Position numbers and translations under genes: made by a program. A stretch of DNA of 64,000 bases from Anthoceros angustus (taxonomy: Eukaryota; Plantae; Anthocerotophyta). The stretch spans positions 1 through 64,000 of the forward strand of contig MU008173.1 in the NCBI GenBank assembly GCA_010909165.1. Direction: 5' to 3'. This document shows, in pieces, positions 1 to 11,752 of this stretch. How positions within the stretch are numbered: the first letter of the stretch is position 1; each line of letters starts with the position of its first letter. The notes beneath the pieces are model-generated. The model saw only the letters and a program-made list of their open reading frames with translations, had not been told where the DNA came from and ran no database searches.

Positions 1-545
1 CGTCATGGATGTGCCCCAGGTTTTAACATTGGACCTATGGACAAGAGGGTGGATAAGCAATGATGGATTCTCTTCCAAAGCTTTCGAGAAGACCACTAGC
101 GATGAACCGAGGATGATTGTGATGCATGGAGTGGAGGAGGCACATACATTAGAGAATCAATGCGAAAGTGGAGCGAAAGGGGCTTGGTGTCGTTCGTATG
201 GGACAAGACAAACATGAACAATGACAGGTGGATTTGAGACTGGAATACATAACTATCGGATGGGGTCAAGGATGGGAGCACAAAGGATGAATCGCAATGC
301 TACCAAATGCTATGCATGGAACATTCAACAATGGAAGGTCTCATTGCTCACGACACGATTGTCAAAAACAGTTTACATGTCACATGACAAGTTGGTGGTC
401 GCCTTACCGAGACCACTAGGGTTGATGACGAGACTTATTACAACCTTCTCCAAAGAGGGAGATTGGGTTGGATGCATGCTCGGGAGCGGCACCCGTATTG
501 CGTTACTTGCAGGAAGGAGTTGTATCGCCATCGAGGTGACTTGAG
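1..545 (+). pseudogene. Frameshifted beta-class N4-cytosine/N6-adenine DNA methyltransferase relic (PF01555-like)
   Basis: Motifs appear in beta-class order across shifting frames: MDVPxG (DPPY-like catalytic motif, nt 5-25), FVWDKTNMN (~192-220), LEYITIGW (~240-265), then PY-x-RPLGLMTRLITTFSKEGDWV-DACSG/GSGT-IALLAGRSCIAIE (SAM-binding motif I, ~400-535). Several 1-nt frameshifts. The 5' end may continue upstream of the window. Confidence 0.6.
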
Positions 546-1295
546 ATGTCGTTATATTTCACAAAGAATTCATGGATTTGAGGTGCTCCAGATGCGAGGA
601 GTTGAATTTTGAAGCCCACCGAGAGGACTTGCACGCTGGGCAAAGGAGGTTTGCATCGTGAAGGACTCCTTGAAAGCACAAGTGGTTTCTTTGAGTGCCG
701 TCGGAATAAGAGCAGGGGTGGCGATTTGTTGGAGGCACAAAACACTCGAGAACGTTTGGCGGTGGGCGGATGGTAATGATGAAGACACGGATGGGAACGA
801 GGACTCGAGGGCTTTGGTTGAAGTCGACACTTTCGATGAGGAAGAACTTGAGCGGATACGGAACTTGGCAGTTTATGATTCGTGTATGAACGCAAGCACC
901 GGTTGAGTCAGTTAGTACGTAGACGTTTGTAGTTGTGAACTATTGTCCGCTAGTGGTCAATTTTGGCGGAACCTAAAACAGGATGGTCTCCTGGCTTGCG
1001 ACGTACCCATACCTAGTTTTGTTGTGTTATTACTAGGCCTTTTGTCAATGTGGAAATGGATCATCGCACAAAACAAACTACTTTTGAGGACTAACAGCGC
1101 CGGCCAGCCAGCGCCCTTGACCCTTCCTGCAGGTTTTGTTGTTTCACAAACTGCGCATTCAGCTGTAGGAATCATTGTCCATGGTATGGGACACCCCGAA
1201 ATCCAAAAAAACACGGTTTTGGGAACCATGTGTAATCTGTGAAGGAGGTTTCGTTCAACGAAGGGGTTCGGATATTCACCTTTGAATACCATGTT

Positions 1296-1997
1296 CACTT
1301 GGTGAACACTCATGTAGTGGCGAGGTTCCTCTATAGACAGTTATCACTCGATATGGTCTCCCTTGGAGCTTGTCGTGACAGAGGGTCACATTTAAATCAG
1401 CAGTTATATCTCATATGACGATCTACTTCAACGTTCACACGGAAAAGCGACTCCTTATAATCCCAAGGCAAATGAACGGAAAAAGGCGAATGGGCTCTTG
1501 CGGGATCCTCAACAAGCTAGCGGTGGAATCTGGCGTCTGTTGGGATCTTAAGCTTCACTCAGCTCACAGGCATCTGAGTGCAGAGAAAATAACAACGCAA
1601 CAAACACCGTACTACCTCACCTCGGCCATTCTCGGTAATGCCTATTGAGTTTGAAATTCCCCCGCGTATCCGAGAAACTAACACATGGCGATGGGGAAAG
1701 TCGGTGGAGCGCTGGTCGTATCGCTTGAGGATAGGATAGAGGCAGGCGTTGAAAATCATGCGGGATATTCGGCGAAGCGGAAAATATGGCATGACAATCG
1801 GTTGGAAGCAAGAGTGGGTAGTACCGGTGACTTGGCCTTGCTTGTCGACAATAGGTATATGCACTTTCCGGGGAAGCTCCATCTTGGTGGATGGGGCCAT
1901 ACAAAGTCTGGACGTCTTGACAATGGCTAATTTAGCAAGTTAGCGGGACCTCCACTACCGACCCGAGTCAATGGGTGGAGGGTCAAGTATTATACAT
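1296..1997 (+). mobile_element. Degenerate Ty3/Gypsy integrase (core and C-terminus)
   Basis: Pieces across frames: VARFLY, RYGLPLELV-DRGSHF, YNPKANG, WDLKLHSA, PIEFEIP, RKIWHDNRL, FPGKLH-WMGPYKV, LPTRVNGWRVKYY. Many frameshifts. Confidence 0.8.
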
Positions 1998-2021
1998 AAG
2001 TTGGCGGGACGCGTAACAAAT

Positions 2022-2045
2022 GAGAAGGGGAGTATGTAAAGCGAT
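2022..2045 (+). mobile_element. Polypurine tract and probable start of the 3' LTR
   Basis: GAGAAGGGGAG followed after 2 nt by TG (2035), just downstream of the integrase stop. The LTR end could not be defined. Confidence 0.45.
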
Positions 2046-2399
2046 CTAGTCTGAAACCCACATTAAAATGTGCCACAAGTGAATTTTTGTTTTTGGTGAG
2101 AGTGGTGTGAAAATAAGTCGGAGTGGTAGTTAGGGGATATTCATAGTAAAAATGTCCTTGGCCTATGGAGTTCTTTTTGTTTTATTGTAGGTTAGAAAAT
2201 AAATGGTCCGAATTTGTGTTCCTTGGCCCATGGACTAATGTTCCCAAAAAATCTATACATGTGAGATAGGGGGTTGGAATAAGAGTCTATGTTGGGGTCA
2301 CCACCATGGTAGCCGAATGAGTGAGGTTGTGGATTGGATGGGGAAGGTCGAGAGGTCTAATGCGAGTAGGGGAACCTGGGAAACTTAACTCCAGAATGA

Positions 2400-5300
2400 T
2401 GTAATCCTGCTCAAACAATCTGAGCGCAACGGCAACAAGGAAGACAAGGAACTGGAGGAAATAAGGGCTGATTCAAGAAGATTGGTGTGTGTGAGGAGGA
2501 AGTTGCAAGTCATGACGAAGCAAAGCAGGAAGCACTCATGGCTCAAATTAAGGATGCCCACGAGACGAACCAGAGATGCAGGGGGAGTTGTTGCGAGCCC
2601 AGAGGTGAAGCGGCCTCAAAGGAAAAGGCCCATAAGCCAGCGAGCGATATAAGCGGAGCGGATGAGGCACGCCGCCGTAAAAGACAAAGGGAAGGGGAAG
2701 CGGGTAGCAGGACCACGATCGAGTAGCGGAAGGGCCTACCGAGCGAAGGAAGCAAGAACCGAGGTAGCCGAAACCTCACCTACCGCTGTTGTCGAACGAA
2801 CGACCGTGGAGTCCACTAGGTAGTCGAAACCGCCACCGACATTGGCGCAACCAACCCGGAAGGTGGCCGGGCGATGGATGCGACGTGGCGCCCGCGAGGA
2901 CATAGGCTGCAACTGTGTAGCCTACGGAGGAGGGGGTAAGCACTCACCGCAGTTAGGGGTCCTATTATATTACGGCACATGGATGAGGAAACTTATGTGC
3001 CTCGGTCTATATGTGAATGGAGAACGCTTAACCTCACCGTCGTGTGCGGTGGAAATAGGAGGGACTGTGGCCTACCATCGCAAGTGAGGACCCGGCGCAT
3101 ACTTCTACCATCGCCCTGTGGGGGTTGGCTCATTATGGAGGCGACTTTGGAGGAGTTGAGCGAGGAGGAGGTCCAGCTTGGGTGGACGAGGAGCCGAATA
3201 ATCCTCAAAGAGGCCAATGGAAGATGCTAAGCCCTGTAAGGTGGTACACCTCAAATTGACGCCCAGCAGGATGCTGAGGTGGAAGTAGTGGGAGAACCCG
3301 ACCACCGGGCGCAAGGTGAGAGCTCGCGGGCGCAATGGAGGACGGAGGCCGACGCCAAGTCGAGGTAGGGCGCGCAGATAGCGAGGCCGAGGTGGTAGCA
3401 ACCTAAAGATAATTTGGTTAGATGCCGCATCGACCTAGGATCGCCCGAATTGTGGGCGCGCCCTTCGCGATAGCCATCTTAGGACCTAAAATCAGCCCCA
3501 CCATGTATAAGAGGGGCGACTAGGTCCCTCACGCCGATAACTCGTTGAGATCCCCACGCTGCCTGTGGTCTGGAGACGTCCGATTGACAGGCGGGTGCGC
3601 GAGACGCCCTAGGGGTGGTCGAGAGCTTGCTCGCACTGGGAGGAGGGGTGATAAAGCAATTTGGCCGACAAAGGAGGAGGAAACCAAGGGATTGGCGCGG
3701 GGTCCGAGCTTGCTCAACGCCCGCCGTGACGGGGTTCTTCTTTCACACTTGTCCTCGCTAGTTGTGTTCGAGAGAGAGAAGTGTTGAGTGGATGGTTGAA
3801 GCCTCGGGCGAATTGAGGGAGAGAGAGAGAGAGGAGAAGATTGGGTGAAGGAGTGACTAAACAATCAGACGCTGGCGCGAGGTGTGAGAGGGGTTGAGAA
3901 GGGAACTAATTGAGAGGCTAGGGGAGATTTGTGTGAATCCAAAAGAAACCAAACCGTGGCCGGTGGAAGGCCGCAAGGGGAACAGCCTTTGTAAAGTTGT
4001 GTGAGTGGCGCCTTTGTGTGTGGAGCGTGAGGATTTGTGGAATTTAGGTCCCTAGGAACCTGTGTGTGCATGAAGTGGAGTGCAATAAAGCCGATCCGCA
4101 CGCCGTGACGCAGGATCCGCGGGCGCCGCGAAATAAGTCGCTAGGGTTGGGACCCACCGGTGGCAAGCAACCCCCGTGAGAGCCACCGGTCGTGGAATGA
4201 GATTTGCGGTCGTGGAATAAGAGTCGTGGTAGCTAGACAAGGGGGTAGTAGTGGTTGAGTAGATAGGTAAGAGGAGTAATAGCAAGTAAGTCTTGACTTA
4301 GGTGAAGGCGAGCGATAGAAGTTAGCGCCTCGGCACAAACCATTCCCTTGGGAGCGAATCCTAAGCCTACAACGACATTGAGGGTGAATGTGGACCTCTG
4401 TCCCCTGGACACGAATCCACCCACAAGACGCCAACCTCTCAAGGAGGGTGAAGAGGAACGAGCACTCCGGAAGGGCCGGCCGCCACCGGGAGGCGTAGGA
4501 AGGGCGCAGGAGGCGAGGCCTGCCAAGTCCGAGGAGAGGGTCCGGAGGAGGAGGACTCGAGGGAATTTGCACTCCACACGCCCTGAGCGGACCCCGCCAC
4601 CGAGAGGGAAGTGTGGAGGACATCCTGCTTTCCTCCTCCCCGGTGCCCCACCGGGCGGCCGGGCGCAGGAAGGAGCAACACAGATGGTGAGTTGGTGGTT
4701 CCAGTGCCGGGCAGTGCCTGCCCAACACACGCCACTGAGCCTCTTGACTCAAGGGAATCAAGAGGCGGAAGACAGGCGCTACCAACACAAAGACTTGTGA
4801 TTCGCCGTGCCCTGCTCGCCAATGGAGTGGCAAGAAGCGGAGGAGGCAAGGCAAGGCGGAGAGGGACGCTGGCCACGAGCTGGAGGCCACTGGGTGCTCT
4901 CACCTTGAGCCCCTGCCTACTCGACGGAGAGGAAAAGGGCCAGCTCCCGACCCTTCACCACCTCCGAGCCTGGGAGGAAAAGGGCGGAGAAGGAGTTAGC
5001 GCCAAGAGGGCTGCCAAGGTGAGGCTCTCAGACTCGTGACTCATGACCCAAGGGTCCTCGATTAGGGTCCGAGAGCCCACCCGGGACTCGCTCCGGATCA
5101 GGCTGGCGGTCCTGACGGACTGGGAGAGATGCCCGCGCCCACAGACTTTGGCATCTCCTCAAGAAAAGAAACGCGCGAATTTTAGCTACCGCCATGGACG
5201 GATGTTTTGGGGCCTCATGCACAATGGAGAAGACCCAAGAAGTGGAGGCCACCCGAGGAGGATGGTGGAACTTCAAGGGCATGGAGGCGGCCAAAGCGGG

Positions 5301-8300
5301 GCGATATCGAGTCCCCGCCCGAGTCGGAGGGAGGCGGAGCGAGAGGTCCGGACGGTCCAAAGCAAGACCGACTAAGATCCTCTCAACTGAAGCGGCAGTG
5401 GAGGCCCAAGCACGGTCAAGACCTCCGCAAACGAGGCGTAGCGCAGAAGGAGGCGGAGGAGGGTCAGGCGGAGAACGCCCGACCGCCGAGGGCTAGACCA
5501 ACACCAAGCCGGGCGAGGCTCGTGAAGGCGGCGCGGAGTGAGGCCGGCCGGGGGTGGTCGGATCACTACCGACGTGATCGAACCGTGGAGAGAAGCGCGG
5601 CAGCTGCTACCCGGGCAATAGTGGCAGTGGGAGCAGGCAGCCGCCAAGAGATGGAGGCCAAGACTGAGAATAGGGGACCTCCTGCACCGGCAGGAAGTGA
5701 GGAGCGCGGCAGGAGCCGGAGGCGCAAGGACACCTGAGTCGCAGCAACGGGTTCTCAACGGAGAATCCAAGACTTTGCAGAGATTGAGCGCCCATTCACT
5801 AAAGACGGAGGAGAATAGGCGGTGATCTAAGGAGTTGGACGCCGCCAGTCAAGAAGGAGCTGGAGGAAGCCTGTGAGTCGGGCGGAGATACCGCCCGCCT
5901 GGAGAAGGAAGTGGCGACTGCAAGGATGAACGGAGGGACGAGAGCGCCTGGAGGAGGAGCAGAGGTCGCTTGTCCAATTGCGGGCAGGGGAGCTAGCCCA
6001 TGGCCAAGTTGGTGGAGCCGCAACGAAGGGAGAGGAAAAGGCCAGCTCCGGACCTCCAGCCTCAAGGAGGAAAAGGCGGGAGTTAGCGCCAAGAGCGGAA
6101 GGTGAGCTCTAGACCTCGGCCTCGACCTAAGGGTCCTGATTAGGTCCAGGAGAGCCAGTCTGGACTCAGCTCGGGCCCAATAGTGTCCTCCAATGGACGG
6201 GAGATCTGTATACAATGGGACTTTGGGCATCTCTCAGTGGCAAAAGAAAGCACAATTTTAGCGCCATGGACGGGATGCTTTGGGGCCTCTGCAGTGAGAA
6301 GACCCAAGAAGTGAGGGGACCGGGAGGATGGTGGAACTTCAAGGCGGATGGAGGCGGTGGTGAAATGACAGGTCCCGAGTCGAGGAGGGAAACGCGTTGG
6401 GAGGCGAGGTCAGGATGGTCAATAAGGCCGGACAAGATCCTTCACCAATTGTCTTGAGACGGTGGGCGTCTGTGAGGAGGCCCAAGACCTGGTGAGACCT
6501 CACGGGGACGGAGCGCAGGAAGGCGTGAGAGGTCGGTGGGAGAACGTCAGCGACTGACCCAGTGACAGCTGATAACCTGGCAGTGAGCGGCGAGGAGAGC
6601 AGTGGCCAGGATGAGGCCCAGCGAAGGTCGGCCGGGATCCTCGACGTGATCAGACCCGGTGGAGAAGTAGCGGCAGCTACCAGAGCAGTGGCAGTGTGAA
6701 CAAGCCTGGGCGAGCGCGAAGAAGAATGGAGGCCACTCAGAAATAGGGGACCTCGGGTCCAATGCAGGCGGGGCTGGAGGCGGAGGGACAAGGACACCCC
6801 GAGCACACGGGGTTCTCAAATCTGGAGAATCCAAGACTTTGCCTTGGGAGATTGAGCGCCTCAACCAGACGGAGGAGAATAGGCGGTGATCAAGGAGTTG
6901 GACGTCGCCAGCTAAAGAAGGAGCTGGAGGAGGCAGGTCGGTGAGATCTGCCCGCCTGGAGAAGGAAGTGGCGGACCTCGAGGTGAGGATGAGCGGAGGG
7001 GCAGGCCAGTTGGAGGAGGACTTGTCCAATCGGGCAGAGCAGGAGAGCTGGCTCCATGGCCCAACAAGTTGGGTGGAGCACTGCAATGAAGGGAGGAGGA
7101 GCACGTCGAGCAATAAAGCAGTGCGGTGTCGGAGGCCTTGGCCAAGCGGCATCAAAGTCTGCCTGCTCAGTTCCGGGCCCAGCCGGAGAGGTGTGAAGCG
7201 GACAACACGCCCACCGCCGGAGCACTCTCTGGAGGAGGAAGCACGTGTGCCCGGCCCATGGAGGAGGCCATCAGTCGAATGACTTTGCCTACTACCACGC
7301 TGGAGCTTCAAGGCACCGAGGTGTCGCGCCACCCCAAGTGGACGGGTTCCGGGGATGGGCTCAAGGAGGAGGAGAGGAAGGTCCCGGATAGCATGCCCAC
7401 GGGGACCTTAGGAGCCACTGCTTGACGACCTATTACGAAGTAAGCAGGGGAGCAGGGGAGGCCTGGAGGAGCAGACAGGAAGGTCATCACGGAGGGGCAC
7501 TCGCACCTCGCACCTTAAGGAAGGAGGAGGGCCTGGGAGGCCGTAGAAGGGCGATCCAGAAACCGGAACCACGGAGGGCTCATGGGTGAGCCCGTGATAA
7601 GCCAATGAGGGGGCAAACCAGTGCTCGGAGTCGGACTTTGTCCCGACCAAGAAAGGCCGACCCCGAGGTCCTCTGAAGAAAGTCCGGACTCGAGGTCCAG
7701 ATTTAGTGACCGACCGGGTCCGGCCCAGTCCCAAAAGATCGGACCTCAAGGTGAGTCCGGACTCGAGGTTCTGACTCCGGAAAGAAGACTGACTCGAGGT
7801 CCGGACCGAGAGAGGCCGAGATCCGGACTCGAGTCGAGCTGGACCACGAGGTCGGACTCGGGGGGGAGGAGCCACCAATCACCGAGCCTTCTCTTGGAGG
7901 GGCCCAGCCAAGGCCCTTGGAGAGAGATGAGAGGATGGGGAGGAGGATTTAGTGGTGGCCGTCAGTCGTTGTCGAGCCGCCGCAGTGGCTTGACAGCGGA
8001 ACCTAGGAGAGGTGGGGCTTCATGAGATCATCCGATTGGGTGCGCCGCAATTATCGGTCAGCCTTGGGCCACGGCATATGAGGTGGAATCGAGGAACCCC
8101 ACCCCACCCAGGGCGTGAATGGGTGGAATAGGGGAAATAGTAGGCGTTAAGGCCTGAAATGGCCATCACTCGGAATAGGTGTAATAAAGCCATTGACATA
8201 GTATAAGAGTGAGGCCGCACTCTAAGTAAAGTATCTTTCTCACAGGTGTTGATGCCGTCTTCTTGCAGGCCTATGCCTTCTTGCTAGCGTGAGTCCCGAG

Positions 8301-8320
8301 TCACCGAGGCGGGCTACAGC
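2400..8320. mobile_element. Decayed LTR-retroelement-associated sequence (coiled-coil extra ORFs, LTR-like purine-rich tracts)
   Basis: Broken charged/coiled-coil-like ORFs, GA-rich tracts (3770-3900), clustered CCGGACTCGAGG motifs (7680-7860) and a possible LTR end GGCTACA near 8318. No intact gag/pol motif was recognised. Confidence 0.4.
4930..7080 (+). repeat. Diverged tandem duplication, unit about 1.07 kb, two copies
   Basis: Matching blocks offset by about 1070 nt: GACTTTGG(G)CATCT...GAAGACCCAAGAAGTG...GGAGGATGGTGGAACTTCAAGG at ~5143/6219, and GGAGAATCCAAGACTTTGC...GACGGAGGAGAATAGGCGGTGATC at ~5760/6824. Many small indels. Confidence 0.75.
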
Positions 8321-8599
8321 TCTGGAGAGTGATCAAGGTCCGGACTAGCAACGTGGTGGTGTGTGCAGGAAGGCGACTCGGGACCTTGCTCGTCCGGCGG
8401 CGACCCAGTCGGACGGGCGGGCGTGAGCGGAGGAACTCCGGGAGGTGTGTAGAGCCGGACGGAGGCTGTGAGCGGCGGAGGAGGAGGTCCGGACGCAGCC
8501 ACCAGATTTTCCCAAGGATAATGAGTGAAGTGTGAATAGAGCGAGGCGGACCCCGAGGATAGTGACAAACTTGAATGACACGGACCTTGACGGGTCCTT

Positions 8600-9885
8600 A
8601 AGCGTTTGGCCACGCTGGCGAACTTTATCCGGTGGAATATTCTGGTATGTAGTAAGCGATGAATGTGTGGAGTCCAAAGCGAATTTTCGTGGTGAGAAAG
8701 CGATTGAAGCAACCAGCCCTATCATTCTCTTGGAACGGACCTCCTTACTACAACGACCTGTTGTGCGTACGGTGGCCGTCGTGAAAGCCGCCACAACATG
8801 CATTGGCAGTTTCTGCAACCCCTTCCTTAAGTGCTCTACACCTTCTCATGCAGTGAGCCCTCTTTCACTGCCTTTCTTACCCTTGGCGTGGAGGGCCAAC
8901 AAGGGTGTTGGGCTGATGTCAGCATTTGGAATAAACGACAAGAACTCCAGCCCATCTTCTGTTTCCCTAAACTAGAGTCTAAAAGGTTCAAACTCGAGCC
9001 TTTTAAGCCAATCGGCAGCGTGAGAGAGACAACCAAAGGAAACCTGGGAATCAGTACTAAGCAAAAGCGAATGGAAAGACTTGTAGGCAAGGAGGTGGTA
9101 AGGAAAAAGATTGGGGTTGGCAATGTCAAGGAGCTAAAGGCAGTTTAAGAAAAAGGACAGGCGAAAAAGGCCTTTCAAGTTCAAGAGGAAAGGCGGCAAA
9201 TTCATAAAGGAGGATAGGTCAAGGGGTCGAGCGCTTATGAGCAATGTGAGCTCGAATAAAGGAAGCTTGAACCTTTTCCACCTTCACCCAAGAGGATGGG
9301 GAGAGATCCAGACCCTAGACTTCAACGCCATATAAGGCAGAGGGGATGAGCAACGTGAAGAAAAGCTGCTTCCGAAGGTTGATATTCTGAATAGTCATCT
9401 TGTATAAAGCACGGCGTAAAGCACAAACAGAGCCCATCCCCTTGGTAGCATGAGAGAAGCCAGAAGAGGTTCAGTTGAACTTGGGGCCAAATATAGTGAC
9501 ACCGAGATACGTATAAGAGGAGAGCATCACCACCTCTTGACCATCATAATAGAATTTGCACTCACCCTTGTGATCTCGGGAGTTAAACTGCATCATCTTG
9601 GTCTTGCACAGATTGATAGAGAGACCCTTGGCTTTGCAAAAGTCGGATAAAACATGAAGTTGCTTTTGTAGGCCCTCTAGGGTGTGTGAGAAAAGAACAA
9701 TATCATCAGTGTATAAGAGGATAGGAATATTCTCGAAGAACAGGCGAGCACCAGGATCACCAAATCATAGAAGCCACTCTCCGAGCTCGTCAATATTTAG
9801 CCGGAAAAGATTTGGAGACAAAGGGTCACCCTCACGGAGACCAAACTGAATAGGAATCTGGTGAGTAGACAAACCACGAGGAGTT
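8600..9885 (-). mobile_element. 5'-truncated non-LTR retrotransposon (RTE/RTEX-like LINE): RT domains 4-7 plus degenerate C-terminus
   Basis: Minus strand reads TPRGLSTHQIPIQFGLREGDPLSPNLFRLNIDEL...ILLYTDDIVLFS...GLSINLCKTKMMQF...YTYLGV (YADD mutated to YTDD; internal stops). A decayed thumb/CCHC-type tail continues to about 8600. Confidence 0.82.
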
Positions 9886-10450
9886 TGGATTCAAGTGCAA
9901 GGGGGATGAATGTGTAGCCTTCGTGCATGGGTGAGTACTTGTGAACCATTATTATTGCGCATCCCTCCACCGCCCAACCCGAAGGGTTGATCATAACATG
10001 CTCGTAGATAGTGTCCCAAGTAGGGTCTGTTACAACTACACTCGCAATCGAAACCTGGTCCCCCTAGCCAAAAAATAGATTAGCATTGAAGGAAACACGT
10101 TCAGCCAAGTATATGGGCACTCCCTACATGGCAAGAACCCACTTTCCTTCACCATTGAGAACATGGCGTCGCGGACGGCATCATGCATAGCAATGCGCTA
10201 CCCACCAGCGGGGCAACAAGCAAGGTGTGTCTCAGAGTTGTCGAGGAGGGCCCCACAGGTGCAGGACAAGAGAGCAGGCCACAGGTTGGACCAAACCCAG
10301 GCGGAACCTTATCACGGTAGAAAAAGAAGCCAGTGCATTTCGGAAAGCCTGGATGCAAGGTCGGTCTAGAAGCCAAGAACCTGCTCCCTTCCCCAAGCAA
10401 GAGCGAAGATGAGCCCGGGTGACTTGGGGAATCCAGGAGGAGGGCCAACT
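9886..10450 (-). mobile_element. C-terminal zinc-knuckle plus restriction-like endonuclease (RLE) fragment of a CRE/NeSL/R2-type LINE
   Basis: HLACCPAGG*RIAMHDAVRD...DQVSIASVVVTDPT...HKY...HEGYTFIPLALES. Homologous to 46270-46850. Confidence 0.7.
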
Positions 10451-10692
10451 GCGCCTGCGCGTACCGCTATTCCTCGAGGGAGGCTTGAAGCCCATGCAAC
10501 CCAACCTTGGAGAACGAGGAAAAGTGAGGCCTGATAGCCCTAGCCTCAGAGGATAAAGATCCTTTAGCCATCCTCAAGGACACCTTCAAAGGGAAGGCCC
10601 CTCCTCAGCGCCCGAGACGAAGGCCTCCAAAATGCGGGAATCCCTGATTAATCCCAATAATCATCTGGAGGATAATTAGCGGACAGTCCCTT

Positions 10693-10980
10693 TAAGGACT
10701 TACAACAGGACCTCTTTCAGCGGGCAAGGCCATAGAGAATCATATCTTAGGCAACTTCGAAGGGACTCACAACAAGAGCTCTTTTAGTGGGCAAGGCAAT
10801 AGAGAATCGTATTTTAGGCAACTTTGAAGGGACTTACGACAAGAGCTCTTTTTATGGACGAGGCAATAGCGAATCATATTTCAAGCAACTTCGATGGAAC
10901 TTATAACATGAGCTCTTTTTGCGGGCAAGGCAATAGAGAATTATGTTTGAGGTAACTTCAGGTTTTGAAGGGCTTTACAA
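10693..10980 (+). repeat. 67-bp minisatellite, about 4.3 copies
   Basis: Unit AAGGGACTCACAACAAGAGCTCTTTTAGTGGGCAAGGCAATAGAGAATCGTATTTTAGGCAACTTTG; units start at ~10694, 10760, 10827, 10894 and 10968. Confidence 0.85.
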
Positions 10981-11752
10981 GAGGCTCCGAAGGACTTCAC
11001 AATAGTGATTCGAGGAATGGATTGCTTAATCATGGAGTTCTGATGAACTTATGGTTCTGTGTCTTTCATCAAGGAATTCCACAAATATGGAATTGTCCTC
11101 CTCCAGCGGGGACTTTTTTTGACGTATCCAAGTTTTATTGAACATCGTTTATTTTGAAGATTATTTATATTTTATTTTATAGTATATATTTTAAATAATT
11201 ATTTTAAATATAAATTATTTATTATATATAGATATTAACTAATTAATTATAACCAAAAAGTAGGTTAGCAATATGTAAACTACTGTAGGGTACTGTCACA
11301 ATTCAGATAACATACAAGACGGCGAGCTGATGAGACTTGTACATGTGTTTCCGTGTACCGTGATAAAAGATACTGCACTGGAAGTCTGGAAGCTTATCTA
11401 GCTTTTATCAGTTACCTGGATAACAGGGCTGCTTGCTTCCAGCCGAAGGGACCACCTACTTCTGCGCTATGGTCTCTGATTCTTCGGCTTCAGGGACATA
11501 CGCAAGCGCGCTTGCTGTGCTGCCCCGCACTGCGGGTGCCCCGGATGCGCCGGGTGCACATGCCTGCAAGCGCTTCGGGCTAGGGGCGCGATTGTCAGGG
11601 CCCGGCTTGCTGTTAGGGATTGGAGAAGCTGGAGCTTCGGTGAGCGATTTCCCGCTTGATCCGCCTGGATGCTGCTGGAAATCTTAGCGGAGAACTAGTT
11701 TGCAGTGCTGCTGTGAGTCCGAAGAGCCGACAGAGGGAGCCTGAAGAGGATT

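Noticed and set aside
900-1295. Cys-containing fragments (CVICEGG; HIDKR on the minus strand) suggesting PHD or TET/JBP domains next to the methyltransferase
   Set aside because: Too many stops and too few residues to support either assignment.
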